A program made the translations under genes and the position numbers. DNA of 64,000 bases, from the NCBI GenBank assembly GCA_964016885.1, contig OZ024741.1:309256001-309320000 (forward strand). Reading direction: 5' to 3'. Positions 40,091 to 53,744 of the stretch are shown here, piece by piece. Each line of letters begins with the position of its first letter. Positions within the stretch are counted from its first letter, which is position 1. The notes under the pieces were generated by a model. It was not told where the DNA came from and did not search any database. It saw only the letters and a list, made by a program, of their open reading frames with translations. Source of the DNA: Eledone cirrhosa. Lineage: Eukaryota.

Positions 40091-40092
<2 letters not shown>
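39891..40092. ncRNA. Perfect 65-bp-arm palindrome with back-to-back type I HHRs (family B)
   Basis: Arms 39891-39955 and 39960-40024, spacer ACCG; GATTC-CTGATGA-TTTCTCAAGAAT-GAAA-CAG(TTCTAGTC)CTG-TA/GAATC; predicted cleavage after 40003; decayed copies ~40230-40300 and ~62084-62180. Confidence 0.85.
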
Positions 40093-40161
<69 letters not shown>

Positions 40162-41670
40162 GTGTGTGTGTGTATATATATATATAAATCATGTTTAATA
40201 TAGAATTGGCATGTTTAATATAGAATTGACAGGACTAGAACTGTTTCATTCAAAAGAAATCATTAGGGTTTTCCTAATGATTTCTTTTGAATGAAACAGT
40301 TTCCAACGCCATTTCACACATTCTGAGGCGTCTTCAGTCGCATTAATTCCAATATTTATATTTTAAATACTTATATTTTAAATATATTTCCTTAATAAAA
40401 TTACACATTCGATGTATTTTATTAACATGTATGTACATTTGTTTTTAATGTCAATAAAATTTGCCAAATAAATGCACCCTTTAAAACAATAAATAAATGT
40501 TTTATTATTAATTTTTTTCTTAAAAAGAGTGATGGATTGGCAGTATTTGGAGAATGTCGGATAAAATGCTTTCGTTATGACTTTTTACGTTCTGAGTTCA
40601 AATCTCGCCGAGGTTACCTTTATCTTTCATCCTTACGGGGTTGATAAAATAATGTACCAGTAACCCAGTAACGCACTGATCGATTTAATCGATTTTTTCC
40701 CCTCCCACAAAACTGTTGGCCTTGTTGCTAAATCAGAAAGCATTATTATTTTTTTCCTTAAAAAGAGTGATGGATTAGCAGTATTTGTAGAGCGTCGGAC
40801 AAAATGCTTTCGTTACGACGTTTTACGTTCTGAGTTCAAATCCCGCCGAGGTCAACCTTGCTTTTCATCCTTCTTGGGTCGATAAAACAGTATTAGTGAA
40901 GTACTGTGGTCGATATGATATCCCCCACCAAAAAAAAAAAAAAAATACTGGCCTTGTGCCTAAATTAAAAATCCTCATTAATCCATCTTAAAACTGCTCT
41001 CAATATTGTTTAAGAACTATTCTTTCTTAATTATCTTTTTTTTTTTTTTCTTTCTCGTGAAGTATTTATTCGGTCTTTTGAACATTCTGTTTTTCAAACT
41101 AACGATGTTTTCATTTTTCGATATTTCATAATCTGGTCTGCTATTGACTTATGATCTAAACGCCAATTTTCAAAACATTCATTGTATAACGAGGTGGCGA
41201 ATTAGCGGATTCGTTTGAGTGTTGAATACTTTGTGGCATTCGTTCCAGCTTTCTACTCTCTGAATTCAAATTCCACTGAGGTCAATATTGTCTTTCACTC
41301 TTTCGAGATCGATAAAAAAAAATACAACTCCAGTACTGGGTTGACTCTCTCTCTCCCTCTCTCTCTATATATATATATATTCATCAGCCTCTCATGATAA
41401 CATTTCCAGGCTACTTTATTTTGAGCACCAGTGGTGCTAAGTACACTGCTGTCATTTCGAACACTCATTTTCCCAATAACATCCCAATTCCCACTGACAC
41501 AATGTCTTGCAATAAATGGTAGGTGAAAAAGGCAGTGAATTGGCAGAATTGTAAGTGATGTTTGATTAAACATTTTTCTGTATTAATTCTGGTTCTCTGT
41601 CCTGCTGAGGTCAACATTGCTTATCATCTTTTTGAGCTCAATTAATAAAGTACTTATCTAGTGCTGGGGT

Positions 41671-41706
<36 letters not shown>

Positions 41707-42489
41707 TTTCTGTAAGAAATCGACAGTGTTCAGACCTGGAAAGAGGATGGGCTCCACCAAGTTTAAAATGCGTTATACAAGCTGTAAGCCTCTACGGTGC
41801 CACTACAAGTCTATCAGTCCATACATATATACATACATTGTTTAACATCCTTAACATTTCCTCCATTTATATATAACCTTATCTTACATCTTCTCAAACC
41901 TGTCAACTCTCCCCGTCCGACGAGGCGATCTCCCACCCACTTTGGGGTGGGTGAGAGATGTCTTCTCTTGTAAAAATGAGTATAGCCTTCATTATGTAAA
42001 ATCTCCCCATTTTGCTTCATTTCTCCCCGTTTTGGGTAACTATTTTTATGTACTCCCCGTTTGGGTTTTTGGGGGTTGGCAGGTCTGTGTTCCATAATCC
42101 TCATGTATATCATCCTATTTGTTTGTATGTATCAACCCTAGTGGCTAATAAAAAGAAAAAAATGTTGTCATTAACGTGGAATGCAAAAGAAGGTGTAACT
42201 AAATACCGCAAGGCATCTCACCTCTGCCAATCTGTAGCTGCACCGCATTTTAGACATATCTATAATGACATACATGTTTATAAAGGATAGGAATTGGTGG
42301 TGTTAGCTTAATTCAGCATTGCATTAGTATTGAGCATTGATTATCCTACATTGGCAAAAGTATGCCACGTATTTTGTAGAGGATTTGGCTACTTTTGTAC
42401 GTGTCTGTAGGTCAAGGCGCTTAGCTCTCCAATAACTCAGCCCACCTGGTTGCAAATAAGTCAAACATACGAGAAAATACTCACCACCG

Positions 42490-42740
42490 CAGGGACGGCG
42501 GAACATTTTTTGGGGTGGGGCGGGGGGACATTGCCCCCACCAATCATTATATTTTTCTCTCCTAAAACACACATCTATTTGTATATACGCTACAATTTAT
42601 GGACATGTTATGTTTATGGCATATTAAAGTTTTTATGTCTTGGTTGATATTTGATAATAACAGCTAAGCTAATCACTACAACTAAATTTACCAAATTTGC
42701 CCTCCCCTCCCCCAATACAGAAATGTTTCCACCACCCCTG
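42490..42740. mobile_element. hAT-like MITE
   Basis: CAGGGACGGCGGAACATTT … AAATGTTTCCACCACCCCTG imperfect TIRs; no clear TSD. Confidence 0.5.
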
Positions 42741-43841
42741 CACTGCATACTGTTACTGTTGTTGTTGTTGCCATTGTTGTCGCTGCTATTGTCGTCATTG
42801 TCATCATCATTGTTGTTGTCGTCGTTGTTGCTGTTGTTATTTTTCCAAATTTACTCATACATTTAATATTGTATCTCATTTGTACATATATATACATATA
42901 TATATATTGAATATTTATGTAATTATAACCTAGAAATAGATTATTTAAATATCATTTTTATCTTTAATCACTTCTACAAGTTTAAATTTAGTGTGTATAG
43001 AATAAACTATAGGGTTTCTCTTATGCAATCCATTAATTTATCAAAGCGAAAATTTCCCAGTTTGTATGATTGTTGACATACCCAGTAATCCTGTTGGTCA
43101 TAATATATGACCTACAACGTGTCAGAAAACAGCATAAACTATAGGGTTTCTTTTATGTGAATATATTATGAATATATTGAAAGGCAAATTTCTCAGTTTC
43201 TATAAATGTTCATATATCCCGTAATACTGACATATATGGCATACCAACCCTGGACTCGAAGATGCTATTGCCGTTATTATTGACGGCACGGGTCCACAAT
43301 ATTGAATAGCAATAGGGATACGTTAGAAAATGAAGCCCAGCACATACAGTGGCTGGGGAAGGGAGGGGGACGAGATGGTCTAAGCTGGAACACCTTTGAT
43401 TTTAAGTGTATTCAATGAAGGTTGATCTGACAACAAGATAATAAAACCAACAATTTCTGTTTGTTTATTATGTTTGAAATCTATTGTTTTACTTTTTCTT
43501 CTTGGATAGCGTATTTCAACAATCATCTCCGACAGCTACTCTCGGGTCCCAAATAATAAGAGGAGGGGATTAAGCAGTGATGCTGGTCGTGGGTGGCTGG
43601 AATAAACGGGGTTGGGGGTGGAAAATCGGTAATTTTTCTATGTTGTCTCCGTTGATTAAAAAAAAAACAAACAGAATTAGTCGTGGAAAACATTTGAAAA
43701 ATTAATAAGCGGAGGGGATGGGGTGACAATTATTCGAGACACGAGAGTAGTTGTATTGAACAACAGCGAATTTAAAACTCCAGCCTTTGAACAGGTCATC
43801 CAATACCTTCTCTATTCGACCAAATCGTCTCTATATCCTCT

Positions 43842-45951
43842 TATAGCGAGGATACTGGGTGTATTGAATGTAACAAAACGAGACATGGTTTGTGTATATA
43901 ATATTTAATTAACGGTAGATAGAATACTTGACATGTCAAAGATAGATGTTAGAATGAAACAAAGTTAGTAGTTACCGTTTTGATTGCCAGGCAAACGCGG
44001 CTGGCAGAGGGCGCCTGGCTAAGGCCAGGCGCCTGTTGGCCAAATTAATGGCAGAGCCAAATGAGAGGCTCTTCGACCTGGTGCCGAAAAGGCAAAGAGA
44101 GAGGAAGGAAGCTTAACGTTGTTAGTTTTATAGGGCTCTGACCGGAAGTTGCAGAAAGGGTTCCACTTCCCGTCTAGATCCCAATCAAAACAAGGGAGAC
44201 AACCGCTACATAACCTCCCGCCAGAATTTTAGTGTATAAAAATCGAAATGAAAATATGTAGCAAGTTGGCGAGAATGTTGTAACAGGCATGAAAATTACG
44301 AAAGAATGTTTGGAAAAATCAATGATAGATATCAAGGTAGCCAACCGCTCTTGGCCAGAGAACGACTGGACATCCATCTATCCATCACCCAAAGACACAA
44401 TGTAATAAAGTAAAAGTAATAGAAGAGCTCAAAGCTCAAAATATAGTTCACAGGTGTGCAATCACATGACAGCAGGAAAGAAAGTGTGTTCCAGAGAATG
44501 AATGCAGGTGGTTTCTGTTCTGTGGTATATCGTGAAATTTCCAACCTCCGAATGGATTTTCTCACAGGAAGAGTGCTGCAAAAATGAATTCTCTGGCTTT
44601 GGTGAAGCTGTATTGATGTATTGCTGTTGCTGTTATATTGCTGTTGCTGCTGCTGTTGTCTCGCTGAGTGAGCGTATTCGGTGTTTAAATTCACAGTAAA
44701 AAATTTTTTTTTTTAGAAAAAAATGAGTTGCGCAAAGTGCTAGAAATAGCAGCCGAAGTTGATGGTCGATGTTGAGAATGCGTTGACCTGGAAGGGTCAA
44801 GAGGCCAGCGACCAGAGAAATAAGCATTCCCAATAAATGCGCGGTTATCAACGGTAAATTTACATTGTAAATTTATAAACCGGCAAATAGAAGAATATAG
44901 CTTAAGGCTGAAGAATCCCTGGTGATAAATGGCGTGCGGCTGTCTGTGAGAAGAGACATCTCAGTGAATCGAGAATTTATGCTGCCTACACGTGCCAATA
45001 CAAGGTTGAAAAAAAAATATTTCTAACGCGCGAGAAAAAGATAGTGCAATTTTGAAAGTGACAATGATGAAAAAGAAAGGCTTCAATCAGCATAATTATA
45101 GGTGTGAACTTTGGAAAAAAACAAAAAACTTGAACGATGAAGAAAACGAAGAACAAAAGGCAATGGTTCATCGAAAATAAATGTTCCTGTTGAAATGTTT
45201 TTTAAAGAATATCAAATTTCTTTTTTTTTTTGTGTTTTGAAAGAGTTCGTTGTAAGAAACGAGAAACATATATATATATCGTGAAATGTTTTTTTTTTGT
45301 TTTGAAAGTGTTCGTTGTAAGAAACGAGAAACATATATATATATATTGGTGAAATGCGACAGTTAATTGATGCGTGAGAGAAAAAGTATGTCTGTGCGAA
45401 TTCCACATGTGCGTGTGTGCGTGTCCTTGAGTATTTTCATAGTTTGTCGCTAAATTTGCTGTGTATTCGTAATGTTACTCACAAAACCAGATGTGCTATT
45501 TTTTTCTTTTTTTTTGGGGGGGGGGGGGGTGACCCTTATAGCGATGAACGGCTGCGTGTTCGTATCACGTCAGGGTTACCAATATAGCGAGGATACTGGG
45601 TGTATTGAATGTAACAAAACGAGACAATGTTTGTGTATATAATATTTAATTAACGGTAGATAGAATACTTGACATGTCAAAGATAGATGTTAGAATGAAA
45701 CAAAGTTAGTAGTTACCGTTTTGATTGCCAGGCAAACGCGGCTGGCAGAGGGCGCCTGGCTAAGACCAGGCGCCTGTTGGCCAAATTAATGGCAGAGCCA
45801 AATGAGAGGCTCTTCGACCTGGTGCCGAAAAGGCAAAGAGAGAGGAAGGAAGCTTAACGTTGTTAGTTTTATAGGGCTCTGACCGGAAGTTGCAGAAAGG
45901 GTTCCACTTCCCGTCTAGATCCCAATCAAAACAAGGGAGACAACCGCTACA
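43842..45951 (-). mobile_element. Complete non-autonomous LTR retroelement, copy 2
   Basis: 369-bp LTRs at 43842-44210 and 45583-45951 (~3 differences); TSD CTCT (43838-43841, 45952-45955); PBS with 2 extra substitutions; internal region colinear with copy 1. Confidence 0.95.
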
Positions 45952-46529
45952 CTCTATTCACTTTTCTTGTATGTATGACGTGGGTGCTAAAACAATTTTC
46001 AAGGCTTACATACCAAACATTTTTTGTACAGGTCAATGTTATAACATACCTGTCAAAAAGAAAAGTAAAATGATATAGTTAACAGCTCGAAGCAATTATT
46101 CACTGACATAAACATTCAATGTTTGCCCGAAAGTAAGATTTTGTTGACGGAAATACTAACTAAGAGAGAAATGGAATTTATTCACACCTTTAAAACAAAA
46201 GAATTCTGCTGGAAAAGGAATGTAAATAAAAAGAACAACTTTAATTTTTTTCTTTTCCATCTACCTGTTGTAAACACGGTCACACATGTTGGATAATGTA
46301 GTTGATATACTTTGCCTGGATAGTCGTTGGTACGGTCACGACTGGAACGCTTTGAGCCAAGTTTCTGCTAGATTAAAGCTGAGCAGAAGCAACACTAACC
46401 TATTGCAGTATGTGGCCCTAATATTTTCTACAAATATTTGGGCCTTTGGTACGAAGCAGTGGCAACAGTTCAAGGATTGGTTTGGTTTTCAGGGCCGAAA
46501 TGTAGTACTAGTCATTTATATATATATAT

Positions 46530-46560
<31 letters not shown>

Positions 46561-47194
46561 ATAATTGTTTCTACTAACACACATATTCATATGTATATAT
46601 GTGTGTGTGATGTCCGCCTTAACAAGTTTTACTCGATGACCGAAAGAATTAAAATAACTCAATAATCAGAGCTATTTAACAAATTAAAAATACGAGGAAA
46701 TAATAGACAAAAATATATCAATTTTTTTTTTCAAAGTGTCGACTACAGTTTCGCCGAATCCGTTTCCAGCAATATGCACTGTAGAAGTGCATCATCGCAG
46801 TGAGGTTGATAAGGCTTAACAAGAGACTCCTCAAAAAAGACTGTTTCTTGAAGCGTTCGTAGCAAGTGAGAAATTCTCGAGAGGTGGAGGGGGAAATTAA
46901 CACGTGATACGCGTCAAGAAACAGTCCTTTTTGAGGGGGTCTCTCATATATAGTCTAGTATTGCCTGTGTGACGTGACCGAGTTTCTGCGCATGCGCGTT
47001 CGTACGGTTGTCCTTCCTGTTCCTATAACCATACACATCCCGAGCTGAAGATCCGCGAAGGTGAAACAATTGTTCTCGGTATGGTGAACTAACTGTTGGG
47101 TAACCACTTCTACCTAACTCGTCCCTTGGACTGAGTGCTCTACCACTACGGATATTACCTTCCAGTGTTCCACCACTATATATATATATATATA

Positions 47195-47360
47195 TAGTAA
47201 TAATAATAAATTTGAAGACTAAAATCCAAAGAGGGCTCGATAAGGATAAATATATATCAAATATATAAGAACCGTAGAGCAAATATTTATTAAAATAACA
47301 GATTAAAGTTTAAGCAAAGAATCGTTGCTTTCACCCTTAACGGGATCTTCTGAAACTAAC
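47195..47360 (-). mobile_element. PLE-like terminal repeat with HHR-like fold (47307-47357); second copy 55023-55190
   Basis: ~165-bp repeat abutting (TA)n in both copies; minus strand AGTTT-CAGAAGA-TCCC(GTTAA)GGGT-GAAA-GCAA…TTGC-TT/AAACT. Confidence 0.7.
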
Positions 47361-48222
47361 CAGAATGTAAACAAGACAAACAGAGGGATTCAATTCCAAA
47401 TATGTATTTATAATTTCAACCTCTCCGAGTTGCTCTATTTAATACTATATATGGCGTCTATATTTGAGAATCAGGATCTAAAAACTAATGTATCTGCTTG
47501 CAAGAATCTTAAGGAAAATTTAAAACTCATGAATGTAGCACTGCATATGGATCGATGCTGAAATTCTAACATCGATTTATACCGACCTCTAAAACAGAGG
47601 TAGTATAATAACAATTATACTATCTTAAATTTTGACAAGAATGCCGTGTTTCATAGGTATATTAATATATGTTTAAAATGACCCCATTCCTTAATTGACT
47701 GTGTGGCTTTAGGCTAGAGTCCACGACTATATGTAAATCTAGTACTACACAGGACCATCATGTTCTCAAATTGAGGTATACATGTATGAAATCATAACTT
47801 CTGATGGAGCCGTAGGCATAAGTCGATCCCCACTCCAGGTCTGAAAACAGCCGATTTCTTAGAGTATTGAACTGGCTCTTTTACCTCGAAAGGATAAAGG
47901 TAAAGAACCGGACCGAATGCCTCAAAACAATCATTCTATCTGAACTTCTAACGACAGTGCCAATTCGCCACTTCTCTATATAAACATTAGTACTGAAAAA
48001 ACTTCAAGTAAGTATCATCACTTGGTTTGTGGTGAGGATTTATTCTGACACAATAAAAAAATAAAGCCTGTCACAATTATTTAAAGACAAGAAAGGACAC
48101 TTACATACAAACAGGAAAATAGATAAACAGATAAATAGACGGATAGATAAATAAAGTATTAGATGATAGATAGTTATACAGATATAGATATACGTAGATA
48201 TATAGATATATAGACAATTAGA

Positions 48223-48254
<32 letters not shown>

Positions 48255-48616
48255 TACAGACAAATAGATATATTTCTTTATTTGCCACAAGGGCGCACAA
48301 GAAAAGGGGACAATACAAGGACATATGCCGGGGATTTTACATACAATCGTGTAAAAAAACTTTTTAAACAAACTAATTCAACAATCGAAATCCCCAATAA
48401 GGGGGATAGTTAGACAGATAGATAGAGAGATAGAGAGATGGATACATACATACATGGATAGACAGGTGGGTAGTTGAATAGTTAGATGAATAGATAGATA
48501 GTTAGAGAGTCACATAGCTATGTATCTATCTACCTAGCTAGCTAGGTAGATAGATCGATAGATATAGGCTGACTAACAGACAAAGGTTGATAGATATAGA
48601 CAAACAGATAGACAGA

Positions 48617-48735
<119 letters not shown>

Positions 48736-49636
48736 CTGTCTGACTGCCTACAGATAGATAGGTAGATAGATAAACAAGAGAACGAAGCAACTTACGCCAC
48801 AAATATTTACAATAAACTAACTTTAGTTAAACAGCAGGACGTTAATTAGCCTCTAAAAACTGTTCATTTACCTAATTGATTGTTTTACTAGAACAAATGG
48901 TTTCATTGACAAAAGAGACCATTCCTTATGTCTAGCTATTCTACACTTTACCCACTCAGATAAGTACACACACTTATACACACACATTCACAAACACACA
49001 CACACACACACTAACACACATGCATACACAAACACATACATGCAATCACACATACACACACTCACACGCATACTAACACACACACACACACACACAAACA
49101 TACACATGAATACACACACACAAACAGACACACACTCACACTCACACACACACATACACACTCATACATGCACACACACACACACAAACAGACACACACA
49201 CAAACACACACTTGCATGCAGGCACACACTTACATGCACACACACAAACACGCATGCACTCACACTCACACAAACACACCCACTCACACACAAACACACA
49301 CACTCACACACAAACACACACGCACTCTGACACACACCCACACACACTCACACAAACACACTCACATTCACACACACACACGCGCGCGCGCACATACACA
49401 CACACACTCTCACACACATACACATTTAAACATTATTCCCATCCTTAGCATACGATTTCTTGTATGCACCTTTTTCCGTGGTCGTGCATAAATGTGCATA
49501 TGTCAATTATGTGATTTCCATATGCACATTTATTCATAAACACGTTGCGTTGATCCGTTTGTTATATATATATATAATACTCCTGAAGACAAGACATATA
49601 TATATGTATATGTATGCATGTATGTATATGTATAAA

Positions 49637-49667
<31 letters not shown>

Positions 49668-50082
49668 TAAATTCAAAGGGGTATATATATATAATTAGAC
49701 ATAGTTACAGATACATATATGAGTGTGGCTACCTTTCACGGTGTGGCTCAATGAAGAATTAATTAAGCAAATAATCATTAATCAGAGCTATATATAAAAT
49801 CGCAAGTCTGAAGAACTATTAGATACAATATATACAGTATTTCCTCACCCACTCCGTATAAATTAACCACATAAAAAATAATTTAAACGAGACAATAAGT
49901 TTAAAATGTAATTATGAAGAAATAATAGACAAATGATATATACATGTATATAATAATAGACAAATGATATATACAAATGATACATACATATATGCATATG
50001 CATATATATATACAGGTAAAATCTTGGTAGTCATGACTGGATCTTAACCATCTACTATGTCAGGGTATGTCATGCATCATCT

Positions 50083-50149
50083 TATTTTATCTGATGAGGA
50101 CGTACTGTTGAAGTTAGCTCAGTACCTCTGAAATATGTATAATAAAATA
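50083..50149 (+). ncRNA. Type I HHR fold
   Basis: TATTTTAT-CTGATGA-GGACGTACTG…CAGTACCTCT-GAAA-TATGTA-TA/ATAAAATA; 8-bp helix I; predicted cleavage after 50141. Confidence 0.8.
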
Positions 50150-50289
50150 TACTTGATCACAAGAAGTTCTATTTTTGTTAATATTTTGAATTAATATTAA
50201 TAACTCCGGAAAAGCATACCGTTGAGTGCTTCCAATCTATTGTAAAACTAATTCTTTGATTTATTCATTGAACCTTGTTTAACCTTTAA

Positions 50290-50352
<63 letters not shown>

Positions 50353-50464
50353 ATACTCCTGGAGACAAGACATATATATATATATATATATACGTATGCA
50401 TGTATGTATATGTATGAATGTATGTGTGTATATATGTATGTATATATATATATATACATATGTA

Positions 50465-50576
<112 letters not shown>

Positions 50577-50618
50577 TAGGTAAATATACACGGGTGTGTA
50601 TGATTGTGTATAGAAGAT

Positions 50619-50866
50619 TATATTAATAAGAGGAATTCCAACTTTGTCTGATTTACTCGTTTTATTTACAATCCTTTAAAATATATATAATGGTATTATA
50701 ATGAAATAGTATGATAGAATATTAAATTCTAAGTGTTAATTCTAAGTGTTCAATTAACACTTAGAATTTAATATTCTATCATACTATTTCATTATAATAC
50801 CATTATATATATTTTAAAGGATTGTAAATAAAACGAGTAAATCAGACAAAGTTGGAATTCCTCTTA

Positions 50867-50874
<8 letters not shown>
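50619..50874. repeat. ~123-bp-arm perfect palindrome abutting (TA)n (probable PLE fold-back)
   Basis: 50619-50741 is the reverse complement of 50752-50874; spacer CTAAGTGTTC repeats the inner arm end. Confidence 0.85.
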
Positions 50875-50928
<54 letters not shown>

Positions 50929-51145
50929 CATATATGCGTATATATATATATAGGTAAAATCCCACTCTGCATCTCCCCATGCATTGAGTACTCCCATGAT
51001 TTGTGGTCTCGCTCGTCTTAGCACCGCAGACGCTCTCTCTATCTCTCTCTCCCTCTCTTTCTCTCTCTCTCTCTCTCTCTCTGTATATATATATATACAG
51101 AGAGAGAGAGAGAGAGAGAAAGAGAGGGAGAGAGAGAGAGAAAGA

Positions 51146-51218
<73 letters not shown>

Positions 51219-51301
51219 TGCAGTGCTAAGACGAGCGATTATATGTTGATTTAAAATTGCACTATTCACAAGTGTTTTTTAACCTTCATATCATGTCTCC
51301 C

Positions 51302-51372
51302 TATTTTATCTGACGAAAACGCAAATGTCATCGCATGATGATATTTGTTTTTGAAATGCGCATAATAAAATA
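51302..51372 (+). ncRNA. Type I HHR fold
   Basis: TATTTTAT-CTGACGA-AAACGCAAATGTCATC(GCAT)GATGATATTTGTTTTT-GAAA-TGCGCA-TA/ATAAAATA; predicted cleavage after 51364; ends at (TA)n ~51410. Confidence 0.8.
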
Positions 51373-51434
51373 CATGGAACTCTTTTAACCATCTTTTGAT
51401 CTTATATTATATATATATATATATATATATATTA

Positions 51435-51735
51435 AGAGATTAAGACGAAATATCTAGCAGAGAACATAAAGGAGCCAGAATTCAGGTGGGAAGCTGCTAG
51501 AGTTGGTTGAGGACTTCCTGTATCTGGGAGCAAATATTGGAAACACAATGGATGATGTGGTGGAGAGCATGCGAAAAGCCTGGGCGGCGTGTCACAGTTT
51601 CAGGTTGGTGTGGAATTCGGACCTTCGTAAAGACCTGAAGAGCCGTCTCGTCATCACTACAGGGGAGTCTGTGCTGATGTACGGGTCTGAGACTTGAACA
51701 CTGATCAAGAGACTCACTCAGATGTTGGGTGGGTG

Positions 51736-51738
<3 letters not shown>
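51435..51738 (+). mobile_element. RTE-like LINE RT C-terminal fragment
   Basis: LVEDFLYLGA…RKAWAACHS…VWNS…ESVLMYGSET. Confidence 0.85.
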
Positions 51739-51831
<93 letters not shown>

Positions 51832-51950
51832 ACACACATCCATACATAGTGTCTATGCGGAAGAGACAAGCAGTCGCCTATGGATGCTAGACTCCACCGA
51901 AGTTAATGCATGTGCACACACACGCACATATACATACAAACGCATATATA

Positions 51951-51982
<32 letters not shown>

Positions 51983-52324
51983 CGTACGTATGTACGTATA
52001 TATGTGTGTGCGTGTGTATCTTTGTATGTTACTTAGTATGTTGTTGTAGGGTCAGGTGTATTAGATTGATTAAAACATTGAGCCAATCATCTGGGAAACA
52101 TCTGTAATAAATTCGATATGGATTAAAAACATTTTAAAGTGAAACATTCTTATCTTATACATAATACACACATACACACACATATATATATATATATACC
52201 TATATATATATACCAATATATATATATAAGCAGAAGGGATATTTAATTTGTTGGAAATTCAACAAATATAAATGTTTATAACTATATTTACAATTTAGAA
52301 ATATAGTTTCTATTTATTCAATAT

Positions 52325-52361
<37 letters not shown>

Positions 52362-52491
52362 GTAGGTATTATGTGTGATATATGTACTTTAAAACGTTTT
52401 TATTCCATATCGAATTTATTGCAGATGTTTCACAGATGTTTTACATACATACATACATATACATACGCGCACAAGCATATACTACATACAT

Positions 52492-52606
<115 letters not shown>

Positions 52607-52710
52607 AGTAAGATGTATGGTAGGTCGTATGTGAATCGCGATGATCACGTCTGACCTACCAAATATGTGACGGTAGCTAGTTAAGCTCTATGCGTATACG
52701 CAGAGCAGGA

Positions 52711-53040
52711 ATATTTGTGAAAAAAAAACAAAGGAACAATTATGACATTATAACAAGTTTATTGCCGACAGCCGTTTCGTCCGACCACGTGGTGGGACTT
52801 TTCAAGGCATACAACATGTGACTGTAAGATCATTATCTACATCAACGTATCACTCAAGGCTAGCAGTTTGAAATTGTGGTATACAATTTCAAACTGCTAG
52901 CCTTGAGTGATACGTTGATGTAGATAATGATCTTACAGTCACATGTTGTATGCCTTGAAAAGTCCCACCATGTGGTCGGACGAAACGGCTGTCGGCAATA
53001 AACTTGTTATAATGTCATAATTGTTCCTTTGTTCTTTTTC

Positions 53041-53048
<8 letters not shown>
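52711..53048. ncRNA. ~167-bp-arm palindrome with two U3:A8 HHRs (52951-52997 +, 52763-52809 -)
   Basis: TGCC-TTGAAAA-GTCC(CACCATGTGGTC)GGAC-GAAA-C(GGCT)G-TC/GGCA-ATAAA; arms 52711-52877 and 52883-53048; (TA)n on the right. Confidence 0.85.
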
Positions 53049-53131
<83 letters not shown>

Positions 53132-53707
53132 AAGTGGATGAATACTTCAACAGGTACTATGTACTTGTAGAAATATGCAAGTTGGAAATTCTCTGGATTT
53201 CCAATCTTTTGGAATGATGAAACCGTCGGTAACAGCAACAGAACAGGTGATTATTTAAATCGTTTTTTAATTTATTTAGAGAATTGTTTGATAACCGCTT
53301 GCTCCGCAACTTTATATATATATATATATATATATAATGGAAAATTTGAACAGGAACAAAACAGAGAGGCAGTACAACGAATGTTTATTAATTTCACGCT
53401 CTTGAGAGTGGGGTGGTGGTGGGGAACGACGTTTCGGGCATAAGCCCTTCTTCAGGTGAAAAGTGTGTGGGAAGAGAGTTCAAAGGGTGTGTAGGGGAGT
53501 GGTGGAGAGACATATAGCAAAAAGGGGGTGGGAGGAAACGGTGCGAATGAAATTAAAAATAAAAGCATGATCAAAATAAAATTAAAATGGGGTAAAACAG
53601 GTGGTGGAAGGGTGTGGGGCGTGTAGGGGTGGTGGCGGGTGGAGTGGGGAGAGGGAGACGGGGTGTCCGAGCGGGGAGGGCTGAAGGTGGTGTGTGTGTG
53701 TAGGTGT

Positions 53708-53744
<37 letters not shown>

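Noticed and set aside
43842-45951. Segmental duplicate of 3127-5152
   Set aside because: Different TSDs, different flanks and copy-specific LTR variants indicate an independent insertion.
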